A DNA stretch of 64,000 nucleotides from Callorhinchus milii (GCF_018977255.1 NW_024704742.1:11286001-11350000); one strand, 5' to 3'; shown: positions 38,957 through 52,269, numbered from the stretch's first letter. The notes: generated by a model not told the origin, from the letters alone. Translations and numbers: made by a program.

Positions 38957-39894
38957 GAAATGTAATAGTATTTGATGTTTTGGAGTAGAGAAATTCCAGG
39001 TCAGGTTTGGACTCGAGGGCCTCCAAACGGCTCCAGTATGGTGAGAAGCAACTTGGAAACTATTTAATAATTAAGGATTAATGGAACCATAGAAAAGGTT
39101 TTAAATTTCCTGTGCAACACAGCTGTTTCCAGCAATGAGAACCTGATGCAGAATTCTTATCAATGTCTAGAAACCTGGTGGTAAACAACGATGGGAGCAG
39201 CCTCTGTCTGTCTCTTTGCTGCTTCACTCAATGACATTTGCTTTGAAGACAACTGTGAATGTGTGGTCTTTTGGTGACCTCAAACAAATGTATGTTTCCC
39301 TTCTTCTGGGCCCCTTCTGTGTCCCTTGCCTGAATCTCTCTCTCGCTCACTCACCCTGTTCCTATATTTGTCTGTTCTGTATATGATCGGTTATCCAGTT
39401 GGAGAGGTTTTTTGACCTCCTGTTCCTCCTGTCTACAGCTTTTTTTTCTTGTTCGAAGATTTCCCTTTCAGGGACAGTTGGTAGGCTGAGTAACCTTGAC
39501 GCCAAAAACGTAGAAATCTCCGTTTATCTGTGTTTCTGATCTAGTGCTTGTCTTTATGGTGGAGCACAGGGAATATTCAAATGTTGTATTTGGGGATGTT
39601 CCATCTTTTAAAGTGTTGAAATGAACAACGGAAATTGTCTGGTCTTTTCCAATTCATTAGTCCGGTTTTCTTATATTCCAAGTACTTAGAATTTTACAAA
39701 ATAAGTTTAATTTGTTTTCTTACTGTTCAGTTCTCCCCCTCCCCTCCTAGCGTTGGCAGATTGTTATTATGTATTTGGCCACTCAGGATTACAGCTGGAG
39801 GAAAGAAAGATGTTTTAGCTTGTGTTATGCATGGCACCGCTCAGGCTGATGAAGGAAATAATAATAATAGTAGCAATAATAATAAATAATTATA

Positions 39895-40570
39895 ATAATC
39901 CTTGCATTTGCTATAGTGCTTTTCATGTCAGGAGGAATGTCTCAAAGGAAATGTTTTATAGGGAATACCGCAAAGTGTAGTAACCATATATGTTACAAAC
40001 AAATGAGGCAGCAAACAGTATTGAAGTGATTGACCAATTTTACTTGGGGGATTTTTGCCCAGGACACTAGGAGAAACTTCCTTTTCTTTTTGAAGAGTGC
40101 CACAGGATCTTTAACGTCCACCTGAACAGACAGACGGGCCGCAATACCCCTGCACCGTGAAACATTGGGCAAGTTTCCTTACTCCACATTCCTACGCTTT
40201 GCGTAGCAGTCAGTAGGAACCCGGTTGTTGATTGATTGGCGGATTGCTTTTCCAGAGTTAATAATTCCTTCAAACAAAATAATAATAATTTGGTCACTGA
40301 ATACACAGCTGTTTGTGGGCAATTGCTGTGCGCAATTGGCTGTCGCGTTTTGGCCATAAAATGCACAGTCAGTTCACTTTACAGTGTATTCTGTGATATA
40401 TATATCTTTGCATATATCAAATGCAAAGATTATTACTATCATCTCACCTTAAGGATAGCACCTCTCCCAATATTGCATTGGAGTATCATCTTAGACTGAT
40501 TTCAAACCCCCGACGTGGGCCTTGAACCTTCTGACTCCAAGGTGAGAGTGCTACTAAGCCAGGCTGACAC
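39895..40570 (-). mobile_element. Ancient Deu-type SINE with a younger SINE (+, ~40150-40440) inserted
   Basis: CCAGGACACTAGGAGAAAC...GTGCCACAGGATCTTTAACGTCCACCTGAACAGACAGACGGGCC | ATCTCACC...TTCTGACTCCAAGGTGAGAGTGCTAC. Confidence 0.75.
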
Positions 40571-40829
40571 ACAATACTCTATGGAAGACATCTGAGGTTG
40601 ATGTAGGAATGTATCTCACCAAATCTTCTTGGTCTTTCTGCCATGAAGACTATGAATGAAACTGGAGTCCTGGTGCTGAAATGCTTGTGCCAACTGATAT
40701 CAGTTCCGACTATAGGGCTCATTTTACCAAGGTTAAAGGTCCTGTCGTGCAACACAGACTGTCAACAGGTGCAAAAAGATGCAACAGAATTTGAGTCTAC
40801 TTCAAAAATAAAATCTACCATTTTATCTT

Positions 40830-41107
40830 TTCCTCCTCCACTTCACTGACCCCTGCTTGGATTCAGTTCACTGGGTACACTCTGGCACCTCACATGTGAC
40901 CATTCTTGATGTGCGAGCCTTGACAGTGAGCATCAGCTGAGCGTGCATGTTCATACATGGACACAAGGGCACTTTGATGTAGATGTTACTGCTGTTGAGC
41001 GAAAGCCCTGACTCATTTTATCCTTTGCTACCTTGAGCGTTGGGGTCATTTCACACACCTGCACTGCTGTCTCCGTTGAGATTGGCTCTCTCAGCACAGA
41101 CTGGGAG
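40830..41107 (-). mobile_element. Ancient SINE (second family)
   Basis: GTGCGAGCCTTGACAGTGAG...GAGATTGGCTCTCTCAGCACAGACTGGGA; shares GAGAT..GCT.TCTCAGCACAG with 25635-25660. Confidence 0.6.
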
Positions 41108-42353
41108 TTAATAGTAATAATAATCCTTGCATTTGATATAGTGCCTCATCATATCTTTGCGAAGTCTCAAAGCACTTCACAGAATATACTATAAAATGTA
41201 TATTACTATAAACTGTATAAACTATATAAACTATATTTTCTGGGAGTCAATTGTGCACAGCAGTGTCCCACAAACAGTCGTGGATTGAGTTGAATCGGGA
41301 ACCTTTTTGATGGGTATGAGAGGGGAACTTACTGTTTGAGTATTAAGTCATCACAAGTCGAAGGATGTATCTATTCCACAAAGAGGTACAAAGCAGTAAT
41401 CCACCCCGGATGTTTGTGTGCATTTCTCCACTGAATGGTATGATGAAATAAAGCATAAATTATACGCATTTAGGAAGTTGTCACAACAGCTGATTTACTT
41501 GTTCTGCGAATTCTGCCAGTTCAAGGAAATTTGGCAACTTGCTATTTGCATCATTGGTGTAAACAAATCCGGTGCAGAGTCTCGGTGATATCTCTGCATC
41601 TATTCAAACTGTTAACACCACTATCAAATGTATGCTGAGCCAAATGTGTGCAGGGTTTTATTGGGAGATGTCTTTGTGTTGAAGTAATAATAATAATCCT
41701 TGTATTTGATATAGTTCCTCATCATATCTTAGAGATGTCTCAAAGCACGTAACAGAATATTCTGTAAAGTGAATTGGCTATGTCACAACGGAACCAGTGG
41801 CCAATTGGGAGTGTAATCACTTATTTAGGTAAGCAACCGCTCTTTGTTTGTTGCATTGGGGTCAACCTTAGAGTTGATGCCCTTTAGCATAAGCGGGAAC
41901 TTGCCTATCTGTGTGCAAGCATTTGGAAAGATGTACCAAATGGTAATGTTGCAGCTCTACACAGAACTGTAATTAAGGGACAGTGGCTGCGAGGCATGAA
42001 GTAGAAATTATAGCATTTCTCGCAACTATCTCTGTGACTGATGTTGGTGTTTACACTTGTATCTTATTAACATCGAACTTCATTACTTACACAGGCAGCC
42101 TGCATGTCTTGTAATATGTACACAGGCAGGTAGGTCAGAAATGTGACAGGCTTAAAGGTGCATCTTTTCAAGATAAGCGTGCTAAAGAAAAACATAATAT
42201 TTCAATGCTTGGAATGATTGGAAAATTAATCTCATTCACTCTCAGTTTCATTGAGTTGAAATACCAAAGAGCTCTTGCCATAGCAACTAATGTTGGTGTG
42301 TTGGTGCATGCAAACATTGGGGCTAAGCCAGTTAAAAGCTAAGCCAGTTAAAA

Positions 42354-42600
42354 GTGAATCCAAAAACATTTCTTCACATTAAGGGTTGTGAGACTATAGA
42401 ATGCACTGATGCTGAATCCATGAAGATAATTAAGAGGGAGCTGGACAGCTACTTGAGAAGCAAGGTGTTTCAGGATAGAGCAGGAAAGTGGGGCAGGGCA
42501 ACTGAAAATATAGAGGTGGAATTTGAAAGATGAGAGTGAATTTAAATAAAGTGTGATTAAGTAGGAGCCATATGGTCTGTTTCTATGTTCCTCAGCCCTC
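42354..42600 (+). mobile_element. CR1 3' end fragment, old
   Basis: AAAACATTTCTTCACATTAAGGGTTGTGAGACTATAGAATGCACTG...TTCTATGTTC. Confidence 0.6.
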
Positions 42601-44373
42601 TGTAATACTCCCACAAAATATACAGTCAATTCACTTGACAGTATATTCTGTGAAACACTTTGAGATGTCTCGTAGATGTGATAAGGCCCTATATCAAATG
42701 CAAGGATTACTATTTTATTTATAGATGCATTGCATGATATGGATTTAAGCTGCATGAATGGGGGAGTTCCTGTGTTAAATCCTGATGCTTGAACTCAGTT
42801 AACTGATCCCACCACTCAACTCTGTATTAGAGTTGGCCTTGATAATCCCAAAACCAGAGTGAGGCATAGCCTGAATGAAAGCAGGAATGAGAGGGAAATC
42901 CCAAGCAATGGCTGTAATTGTACACCAATCTGAGGGAAGCAAATGTTGGGATGAATTTGAAACTTGTTCTGTAAAGTGGCTGAAAAAGGGGTGGCTAGGA
43001 AGGTGGTGGGGGTTGTTAAAGATAAGGGGAGAGAAGTAGGGGAGATGGCATCTATGTGTTAGGTGGAGAATCTGGCAGAGCCCTAGAAGGGGACTAAGAA
43101 TAATCAGCATCTCTATCAGTGCATAAGGGTACGATTTGTTATTGAGGGTGAAACTGACCAGCATTTGCGAAGCTGCTCAATGAATGAATGGTTCTGCAGA
43201 GAGTGCAGCTGGGGTTTGTTTATTTTTAAACAGTGGAATGGACAAAGGTTGCATTTTAACAGAAATAAATGAGAATCAAGTGAACTTGCTCAGTCTGTCT
43301 GCTGTGTCGGGCAGCCTCTGATCAATGGTGCGTCCATTTTGAGAAAGTGCCAAGCCGACAAAATGGGTGAAAGATGAAGTAGCGTCTAGTAAATGGGCAA
43401 CAGAGCATCCCTGGCCTGTGAGCTGGCTTCTGAGTTCAGCCCATTTTCACAAAGCATTTTTGAACACAATTTTTTTTGACTTTCAAAGGGAAAAATAGAT
43501 CTTGTGAGTAGCTTTGTGAACGGAGCACCCTGGCCTTCTGGTTGTTGATAATAATAATAATCCTTGCATTTGATATAGTGCCTTATCACATCTTCAAGAC
43601 ACCTAAAAGTGCTTCACAGAATATACTGTAAAGTGAATTGACTGTATATTTTGTGGGAGAAACCATGTTGTATGTCTCTTAATGGAATCACCACTCCTAA
43701 TTTTATTAAAATGCATCTCGTTTTAATTATTTTCACCATCCTGACTGATGTTTTTGTTGTTGCTGGGAACTAGATTAGGCTGTTCTGCATTCAAACGTGA
43801 GATTTTACAATGACAACCATGCTGAAATGCAATACTTTATCTCACCTCATCGGTTAAGTCTGCATCTAATTTCTCGAGCTTTGGATTCTTCAGGACCTTT
43901 GGGTATTATCACTCTGCTATGGGCAAAGGTGATGACTGAAGTCTTAAAGGATTTACACTGAGGAAATTTGGAGGAATCTTGTCCAGTCTAAACTACATCT
44001 CAATTTAGATTCTGAAACTTCAGAGCTCCCTGCTAACTGTATAGCTTTCGGGCAGTACGATGGACGTTTTTTTTAACATAGGCATTCATATCAATTAAAG
44101 ATTTTGTTTTGAAAGTTTCTTCAGTAAATGCTGCCAAGGTTCCTATTATTATAATTAATGGAAAAATTCAGTTGATCTTCACAAATATAATTGTCTGAAT
44201 GAAAATGCAGATAAACATTCGTTGACTTATCTGGACTCCTCTCCTCCTCCTCCCCCGCCCCCCACTCACCCCGCCCCCTCCAGACCATTGCAAAAGCTTC
44301 AGGAAATTATATTAAGCTTCTGAAATCTTACCTGAAGGGAGCGATGTAAAAGAAAGTTATTGATATGAAAGTT

Positions 44374-44745
44374 GTGGAGTCCTGTAGCTCAGTGGTTAAA
44401 GTACTCGCCTCACAAGCGAAATGACCTGGGTTTGATTCCCGGGCAGGGCAACACCTTAGGCAAGTTTCCTCACTCCACACACCTCTGTTTGTCTAGCAGT
44501 AAGTAGGAACCCGATTGTTAGTCGATTGGCAGTTCGCTTTCCGGGGATAATAATCCCTTCAAAAAAAATATGGTCACTCAATTTACAACTGTTTGTGAGA
44601 CACTCCTGTGCACAATTGGCTGCCATGTTTCGCCCACCAAATATACAGTCAATTTACTTTACAGTATATTCTGTGAAACACTTTGTGACACCTCGAAGTT
44701 GTGATAAGGCGCTTTATCAAATTCAAGGATAATTACATTATTATT
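44374..44745 (+). mobile_element. tRNA-derived SINE, long subfamily, full length
   Basis: GTGGAGTCCTGTAGCTCAGTGGTTA head, internal segment and tail. Confidence 0.93.
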
Positions 44746-47254
44746 GTCGGTCAAGCCAAATGAGTAGTTCAGCTTATTCCTATGTGAATCTTGGTCAGGT
44801 TGACTTGGTGTTCGAGTGGAAGGTGATCCTAACAGCTGCAGGTCTTGCGAGAACTGAGTCAAGCAGACAAAGAAGGTCTTAGCTTTGAAATCTGGTCTGT
44901 GCTGCGTTATCTGATCCCAGTGGGACAGCAGTATTGAGGTTATATTCAGCCTCAGCGCTCTGAGTTAGGGAGGAGAAAAATTGACTGCTTCTTTGCCTAC
45001 TAGCTTGCTTGCTTTCTATATCGCTTGTCATATTATTCTGAGAGTTTATCACTTTGGGGTCACCAGTCCTCCAGATGAGATTGGTCCAACACAAATTGAA
45101 TGAAGCCTCCTTTGGATTTGACGCATTTAATTTCATCAGGGTTTTTAAAAGCAGCCGAATGAGGAGCCAGGAAATCAAATACCTTGTCACAGTGATGAGA
45201 GTCGGGAATCTTGCTCGAAGGGCATATGTGCTGATTACAAGCTCTACACCCCGAATAATCAGTCAAGGCAGAACGGAGTAGCTGGTTCCAATCCTTGCCC
45301 CTGTGGCAAACTGATTAGCTGGCATTGTGTGCACACACTTGTGCTGTTTGGCACCGTTTCTGGATGGGAGTGTGTATCTCTCTGTGTCATTTAGCAGGAG
45401 AAGCTTGCCAAGTTGGGTATGGAGTAAATTATATTTTTATTTGTCACATCTGGAATTCAGGTGCAATAATGTTAGTTTCCATTTACTGTGTGTGTGTGGT
45501 GAGAGGGGGTGGTGCAAATGTCTGCAAATAAAGTGCTAGGGTTAGGGAGGGGCAAGAACCAGTAAAACTGCATGCCATTTCTGCAAGGAGACCATTGAGT
45601 GATCAGTTAAAATCAAAATACTCCAGTGTTGGCACGAAACTTACTTAAGATTTTCATGCCAACATGATATAGGAGCATTTGGAGCTGTATAGCTTTATTG
45701 CTGTGCAGAAACAAATTGTTTAATTCATCGCCTCAAGTTGCTCCCATCATTCCACCACTTCTGGCAAATCAGTACTCACTAGAACGCAATGTTCTTTTGT
45801 CCTGCCAAACCTGAGGATGAGTTTTACTTGGTAAAGCCCCACTGTTCACTTGGACACAGCTTGAAAGTGTGGCCAGCACACCGCTATTCTACTGAAACGA
45901 CAACAACTTGCAATTATACAGCCCTCTTTACGCAGGATAGCGTCCTGGAGCGCTTGACTACAAAACTACGATGCAGTTGACCCAGGTAGGTCATTGGAGG
46001 GTTGGATTCACCACTGCTCAGCATTGCTTTCATTTCATTCTTTTACCTAAACTGAGACCTGACAATATTGCATTGGTGTGAAGTTAGAACAGTTACTTCA
46101 GATCATTGATTTTTTTAAGTGCGGATTCCTAGCAATTGGAGTTCAATGCCTGCTTTTATTTTCACTCGGGTACTGCTTCAAACCCACTGGAGTTGAGGAC
46201 AACACTATACTGGAGAAATATATACTTCACAAAAAGCTTCTCCTGCAGTAGGAGCACATTGCAGAAAACCATATTGACATATTTGACGATTAACCTTTAT
46301 TAAAGGGAGATGATAATGATCTTGCCCCATTTTGTGCAGTCTGCAGAACTCAACAGACAAAAGGACACCAAGGTAATTTTTGTCTCCTAGCCGTCTTTGT
46401 TTGAGGAAGTCAGCTTTAATTAAGGCTTGATACTTGACTTTCCTCCAGTTGTTTCAGTGTGGCATCACATTTGATGCTGGGATTTCTGTCTGTCTCAACG
46501 TGTGAAACTCCCTTCAAGTACATGTATCACAGTCCTCTTTGGCAATGTCACCCTGCGTTGCACATAGGACATGGGTGACTGTACAGGGCTGGTGTCATTT
46601 AGACTCGATGCAAATGTCCTCCAGTGATTTATGTGGCTAGAAGCTTCATTTAAATTAAGTTTGCAAAGAGAAAATTTCAGTTGTCTAAACATAGCTTGTC
46701 AGAGGTGGTCCATAAAAGGTTATCAAAACATTGCAGTTCTCGAGAGGTCAGAGCAAAGTCAGACATAATAGATTACTTTTTTAAAAAAAACAGATAGTGA
46801 TTCCAGCTTTTGTTTGTTAATTCTGTTGAGCAAATTTAATTTTTGAAGAATTGTCTGGCAAGATTTTTTTAATAAATTTAAAAAACCTCTACACAGCAAA
46901 GAGGGTGTTAAGACATTCTGTATCTTTTCTCCCTCCTCCTGTCCTGAAAGAGTTGATTCTATCTGGGTACAATTCCCCAAGCATTGGCTGCACCTTGCCC
47001 AAGTTATTCCCCTTCACGTCAGAGTCTCTTCTGCTAACTGACAGTGGTTCACTTTCCTGCTGTTATTGTCCTCACCATCACAGAGTCACTGGATCTTCTC
47101 ACCAGAGTCAATGGATAGGAATGTTGTCCTGATTTTCCCTCCACCCACTGCATAAAAAAAATTTCTTCTCTAATCCAAGGGTAAACCAATTTAATACTGT
47201 AACTGCTGCCTCAGCACACACCTGGCTTCAAATCATGTGACCAATTTGCCTGTC

Positions 47255-47672
47255 TTCAGAGGATCCAGTTCAGGATCCTGGTCCTCACCTACAATGCCCT
47301 CCTTGGACTCGCCCCACCCTACCTCTGCGACCTCCTACCAACCCGCCCGCTCCCTCCACTCAGCCGGCTCCGGCCTGCTCCACATCCCCCGACCCACCCG
47401 CCCACCATTGACGGGCGAGCCTTCAGCCACTTTGCCCCCAACCTCTGGAAATCCATCCCCCAATCACTCTGCCTCGTCCCCTCCTTAGCCTCCTTCAAGT
47501 CCCGCCTCAAGACCCTCCTCTTCGACCATGCCATCGGCCACCCCCTTTCTCTCCTCTCCCTTCTCCCCCCCGACCCCAGCTCGGGTCTGAAATGCTGTAC
47601 ACTGCCCAGTGCCTTGGAACGTCCTCCCGATGTGAAAGGCGCTATACAAATGTAATCTTGTTGTTGTTGTTG
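47255..47672 (+). mobile_element. L2 3' end, followed directly by an older L2-type tail (47680-47740)
   Basis: CAGAGGATCCAGTTCAGGATCCTGGTCCTCACC...AACGTCCTCCCGATGTGAAAGGCGCTATACAAATG(TTG)n. Confidence 0.92.
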
Positions 47673-48475
47673 TCAAGGTTTGTGCTCTGGGACGCTACTC
47701 CGCGTGAAAACTGCTATATTAATGCAAGTTGTTGTTGCTGCGCTGTCCCAAATGGTGCCTTTAGCTGTAAGGCAAGGAGTTCCCAGTCACCAATTAACAA
47801 AATAAATGCACTCAGAAAAGATTAAAGTAACTTGTGGATTATTGCGCAGTGTGGATATAATACTTACAGGGAATATTTGCATTTGATTTGATAGCGTCTT
47901 GCATGTTGGGAGGACGCCTTAAAGTGCTTCACAGGATATACTGTATAGTATACTGTCTGCCAATTTGCACACAGCAGTGTCCCACCAAAGGCGATGAAGT
48001 GAATGACAATTTTTTTTATTTCTGGGAGAAACTCCCTTCTCTTTTGCAATTGTGCAATGGGACTTTTTAACGGAGGAACCTCGATTTAACTTTTCATTCG
48101 ATGGACGACAAAATATGTTGATGAGTTTTCCTAAGAGATGGATTTCTGCACAAGATAATTTCGTACATTTGTGAGCAATGTTTTTTTAAAATACAGTTCG
48201 GGACAGAATGGGAAAACACGAAAAGATATATTATTATTTTGTTTGTGAGGNAAAAAAGTGTTCGAGTTTGGTCGTATAGGATAGCTCAGTATCAGCTGGT
48301 TGCTGGTCTGTGCTTTCTGGAACAGTGTGATATGTTGGAAACTGATTTAGAGCTTTGATGCTGTACCTAGACCGTTAGACTGATAATCCCTAATTCTGTG
48401 AACTAGAATTACCTAGCTTTGCATACTGAAAACTTACTCTTATTTAACGTGCACAAGCAATTTAAAAATAGTACA

Positions 48476-48760
48476 AATAATAATCCTTGCATTTGATATA
48501 GTGCTCTTTGGCGTCTTCAAGATGTCTCAAAGCGCTTCACAGAATATACTGTAAAGTGAATCGACTGTATATTTTGTGGGGGAAAAGCGTAAATCAATTG
48601 CACACATCAGTGACCTACAAACAGTTGTGGATTGAGTGACCAATTTAATCTGAGCCGTGTGAGTAAGCAAACTTACCCAACATTTCGCCCTACCAGGAAT
48701 CAAACCCAGGTCTTTCGCTTGCGAGGCGAATGCTCTAACCACTAAGTTACAGGACTCCGC
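48476..48760 (-). mobile_element. tRNA-derived SINE, short form with old-type tail
   Basis: Head reverse complement CTAACCACTAAGTTACAGGACTCC; tail present. Confidence 0.9.
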
Positions 48761-50419
48761 AAAATTGGATAGTTGCGTGGGAAGGGTCTTTTGGGCTGAA
48801 ACTGGGTTGTGAAGCATATTTATTTAAAAAAAAATTTAATTAGTACATTGTCTTGACACACATGTAAATTCATCAGTACACTTAACGAGTATCCAAATCC
48901 TTCAGGATTTATGGGCTTTTATTAAACGTGGAGACTACTAATTGAATTTATTGACCAGATCAAATTAACCATTCTCACCATAAATACTATATAATGCAGT
49001 TTTAATTTCCTAATTTGAGCTCCAATGAATGCCTGTTTACAACAGTGGCAGATACAACTACAGTCTGACCATAATACAATTGATTGTGTGTTTGGAAATG
49101 GGTGAGTGGGTCTCTCCCCCCTGTTTAAATCCTGAATCTCCCTGGGAAGATACGGCTGTAATAAACTGATGTGAATTAGACGGGTCAGTTTTCCAGCTGC
49201 TGAGGATATTATCCCTGGAGTTCAGCTGTCAGACAAAGTTGCCACTCAGAAATTAATCCTTTAGTGGCCACAGCAACTATATTGAGCACTCATCTGCATT
49301 CCACTTTACTCTTTGTTTCGACTGGTTACAGAGCCCAATTTGTACTGTCAGCAGGGCTTGTTTGATGGGAGAACTCACTTAACTTTGTATTCGGTCATTC
49401 ATGTTCAACGAGGTTTGTTCCCAATTCTGGTTACCTCTGCAGAAACTTCAGTCAAACCAGGGATAACATAAACAATAGAATAGTAATAATCTTTGCATTT
49501 GATATAGCACGTTATCACATCGCTGACACTCCTCAAAACGCTTCACAGAATATACTGTAAAGTGGATTGACTGTGTATTTTGTGGGCAAAATAGTATGAA
49601 CGTAAACTGTTATGTGTTCTTTTACAATGTAGTTTCTGTTCCTCATGCTAAAAAGTTAACACTTAATCATTTGATCATGCCCCATCCACCAGTGGCAATG
49701 GTTATTAAATGAGCAAAACTTTTAAATGCAAATATTTTGTTTAGATTCCAAATTAGATTTTTTGCAGAAAACAAATTGGTTCTTTATATTTGTTTTAATA
49801 TATTGACTTTTTTTCCCCAATCATCCTATGTTAATGAATCTTGAGAATCCAAATTGAAATTACCATATGCTGAATAACTTAAGCCTTGAGTGCCTGTGCG
49901 TATGTGTGTTTCTGGACTGTGTGTGTGTGTTTGTTTGTTTGTATCACATGTACACACCCCGAGAGATTGTAAAAATAGAAATGTAATCAAAATGTCTGGA
50001 CTGGTGTTTGCTTGATATCATCACAGCATGGGTCCACTGCAAGAAATTGAGTAAAAAAAACTATTTCTGCTTAAGCAGCCACAGCCAAAGCGGATTCAGC
50101 GATGGGTTTAAATGCAACAGAATGTTTCATTTCATTTGTAGCACCATTACTAGGATGAGCTGCTCTCGGGTGCACCATGTTCCACCCTTGCCTGCTTACA
50201 GCAAAGGAAAGAAAGCTGGACTGAAACCAGCTCAATTAAATTGCATAGAGATCTCTCTCCCTCACTGTAACGTCACAGCTAAAAGCTACCATCAACACCA
50301 TTTTTTATGTTTTTTTTGACTACTGCGGAGAAGAATGTAATGGTGCAAAACTGTATTAGTTGGTCTGTGTCGATAGTTTGAAAGTAAAATCCACAGCATG
50401 TTGCTTGATTCAGAACAGG

Positions 50420-50965
50420 TCCTTGATTGCAAACTGGAGAGCTGGTGTGAGGTACAATTGGCCCTGGGAGCCAGAGTTCCTGATCACACTCCAGAGACCC
50501 CTGCTGGAGTGTGCACCTGTGTGGTCATAATAGTAATATATAATAATAATCCTTGCATTTGATATAGCGCCTCAACACATCTTTGAAATGTCTCAAAGCG
50601 CTTTACAGAATATGCTATAAAGTAAATTGACTGTATATTTTGTGGGAAAAAACGCTAATTGCCAACAATAGTGTCCCACAAAAGTCGTGGATTGAATGAC
50701 CAATTTATTATTTTTGAAATTGTTTTTTGGAAGGAATTATATACCACTGAAAAAGCGATCCACCAATCGACTAACAACTGATTTCCTACTTATTGCTAGG
50801 TAAACAGAGGTCTGCTATGTCGAATTGCCTGTCAACTCTCGCTGTCAAATGAATAATAGTCGCTTGGGTGAGGTATTGGAGCGTGACCGGTACCTGTGGA
50901 ATCATACTCCTGTTCTCAAGAGCAGTCAAAGTGCTTCATGGAGTGAGGACAGAAAATTGGAAGAA
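50420..50965 (+). mobile_element. Ancient SINE (second family) with a 5'-truncated younger SINE (-, ~50530-50810) inserted
   Basis: TACAATTGGCCCTGGG...CCTGATCAC...GACCCCTGCTGGAGTGTGCA | TCGAATTGCCTGTCAACTCTCGCTGTC...CTTGGGTGAGGTATTGGAG. Confidence 0.65.
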
Positions 50966-51837
50966 ATCACAAAAAAACAAAAAAAATCATTAATAAAAGC
51001 AGCAGTATTTTGAAGGAAATAAGTTGAGTTTCTGGACAAGGTAGTCATATGCAAATACTGTATTTTTAATGTGCATCAAAGTGAAGGTGCCAGCTGCTTA
51101 CTCGAACATTGCTTTTGAAAGAGGTAGTTGTAAATTTCACCTGACCAGTGATTCTCTCTTACGCTCTCACCCTCCCAATTTTCCTTCCGCTCGTCAAGGT
51201 GTCAATTCTTTGTGCCATGTATTTTCAGAAGTGCCCATGAGAATTGTGTTCAGATTCCCGTAGAACAATAAAAACAACAATTTGCATTTATATGGCACCC
51301 TTCATGAAGAGTAACGTCCCGGAGCTCTTTGTCTAACATCTTGTCCAAGAATGGTCACTTGGGCAAGATGGATGTTCTTAAGGGTATTTGGAGTTGAGGT
51401 CCATGATCTAATAGAATGGTGGAACAGGCTCGAGGGGTTGAATGGCCTCTCCTGTTCCTAAGGTATTGGTGAATGTCGGCTGACTATTAGGTTAGGAGTG
51501 TGGTGGTGGGGGAGGGGTGGGAAGGAAAGAGAAGTGGGGGAAGAAGATTTCACAGAGCTCGATCTTGATTTCTACATGTTCGTTTTACAAGATCGAGTTT
51601 CGGAGAGTGAACCCTGGTTATTTTTTGGTGGGGAAGGGTCTTGCAAACGTTTTATTTAAGGCCACATGATGAAGCCTTCCATTTTCACCTCTTCTCATTC
51701 TTGGCTCATAGGTATTGGCTCTTGATCACCTTTGATAAAACTGAACCAGTCGGTTAACAAAGGTAGACACAAATCCTCTTGTTTGTACCAGGTTGAGTTG
51801 CTGCTTAAGTAATTCTTATTTTAATGCAAATGAGAAG

Positions 51838-52081
51838 GAAACCTTGGGTAAGTTTCCTTACTCCACACGCCTAATAATAATCCCTCCAAAATCAAAAACA
51901 ATAATAAATTGGTCATTTTCAATCTACGACTGTTTGTGGGACATTGCTGTGCGCAATTGGCTGCCGCGTTCGCCCACAAATATGCAGTCAATTCACTTTA
52001 CAGTGTGTTCTGTGAAGCGCTTTGGGACGTCCTCCTGACGTGAAAAGCGCTATATCAAATGCAAGGATTATTATTATTATT
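51838..52081 (+). mobile_element. tRNA-derived SINE, young short subfamily, 5'-truncated
   Basis: Starts at GAAACCTTGGG; tail GGGACGTCCTCCTGACGTGAAAAGCGC. Confidence 0.93.
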
Positions 52082-52269
52082 AAATGCAGTTGTCAGGATG
52101 AGTAGCTCCTATGGGTGAAACGGCAGGGGCTTTGCAGATTGACTGACCTTTAATTGTTCTTGAATGGTGCTTCCTGTTCAGTGGTAAACTGGGCGAATGG
52201 GCAATACAATTTGTAGGCAATTACAGTGTAAACCTTTTAAATTGTTGGGTTTGTGCTTTCTCTATAATA

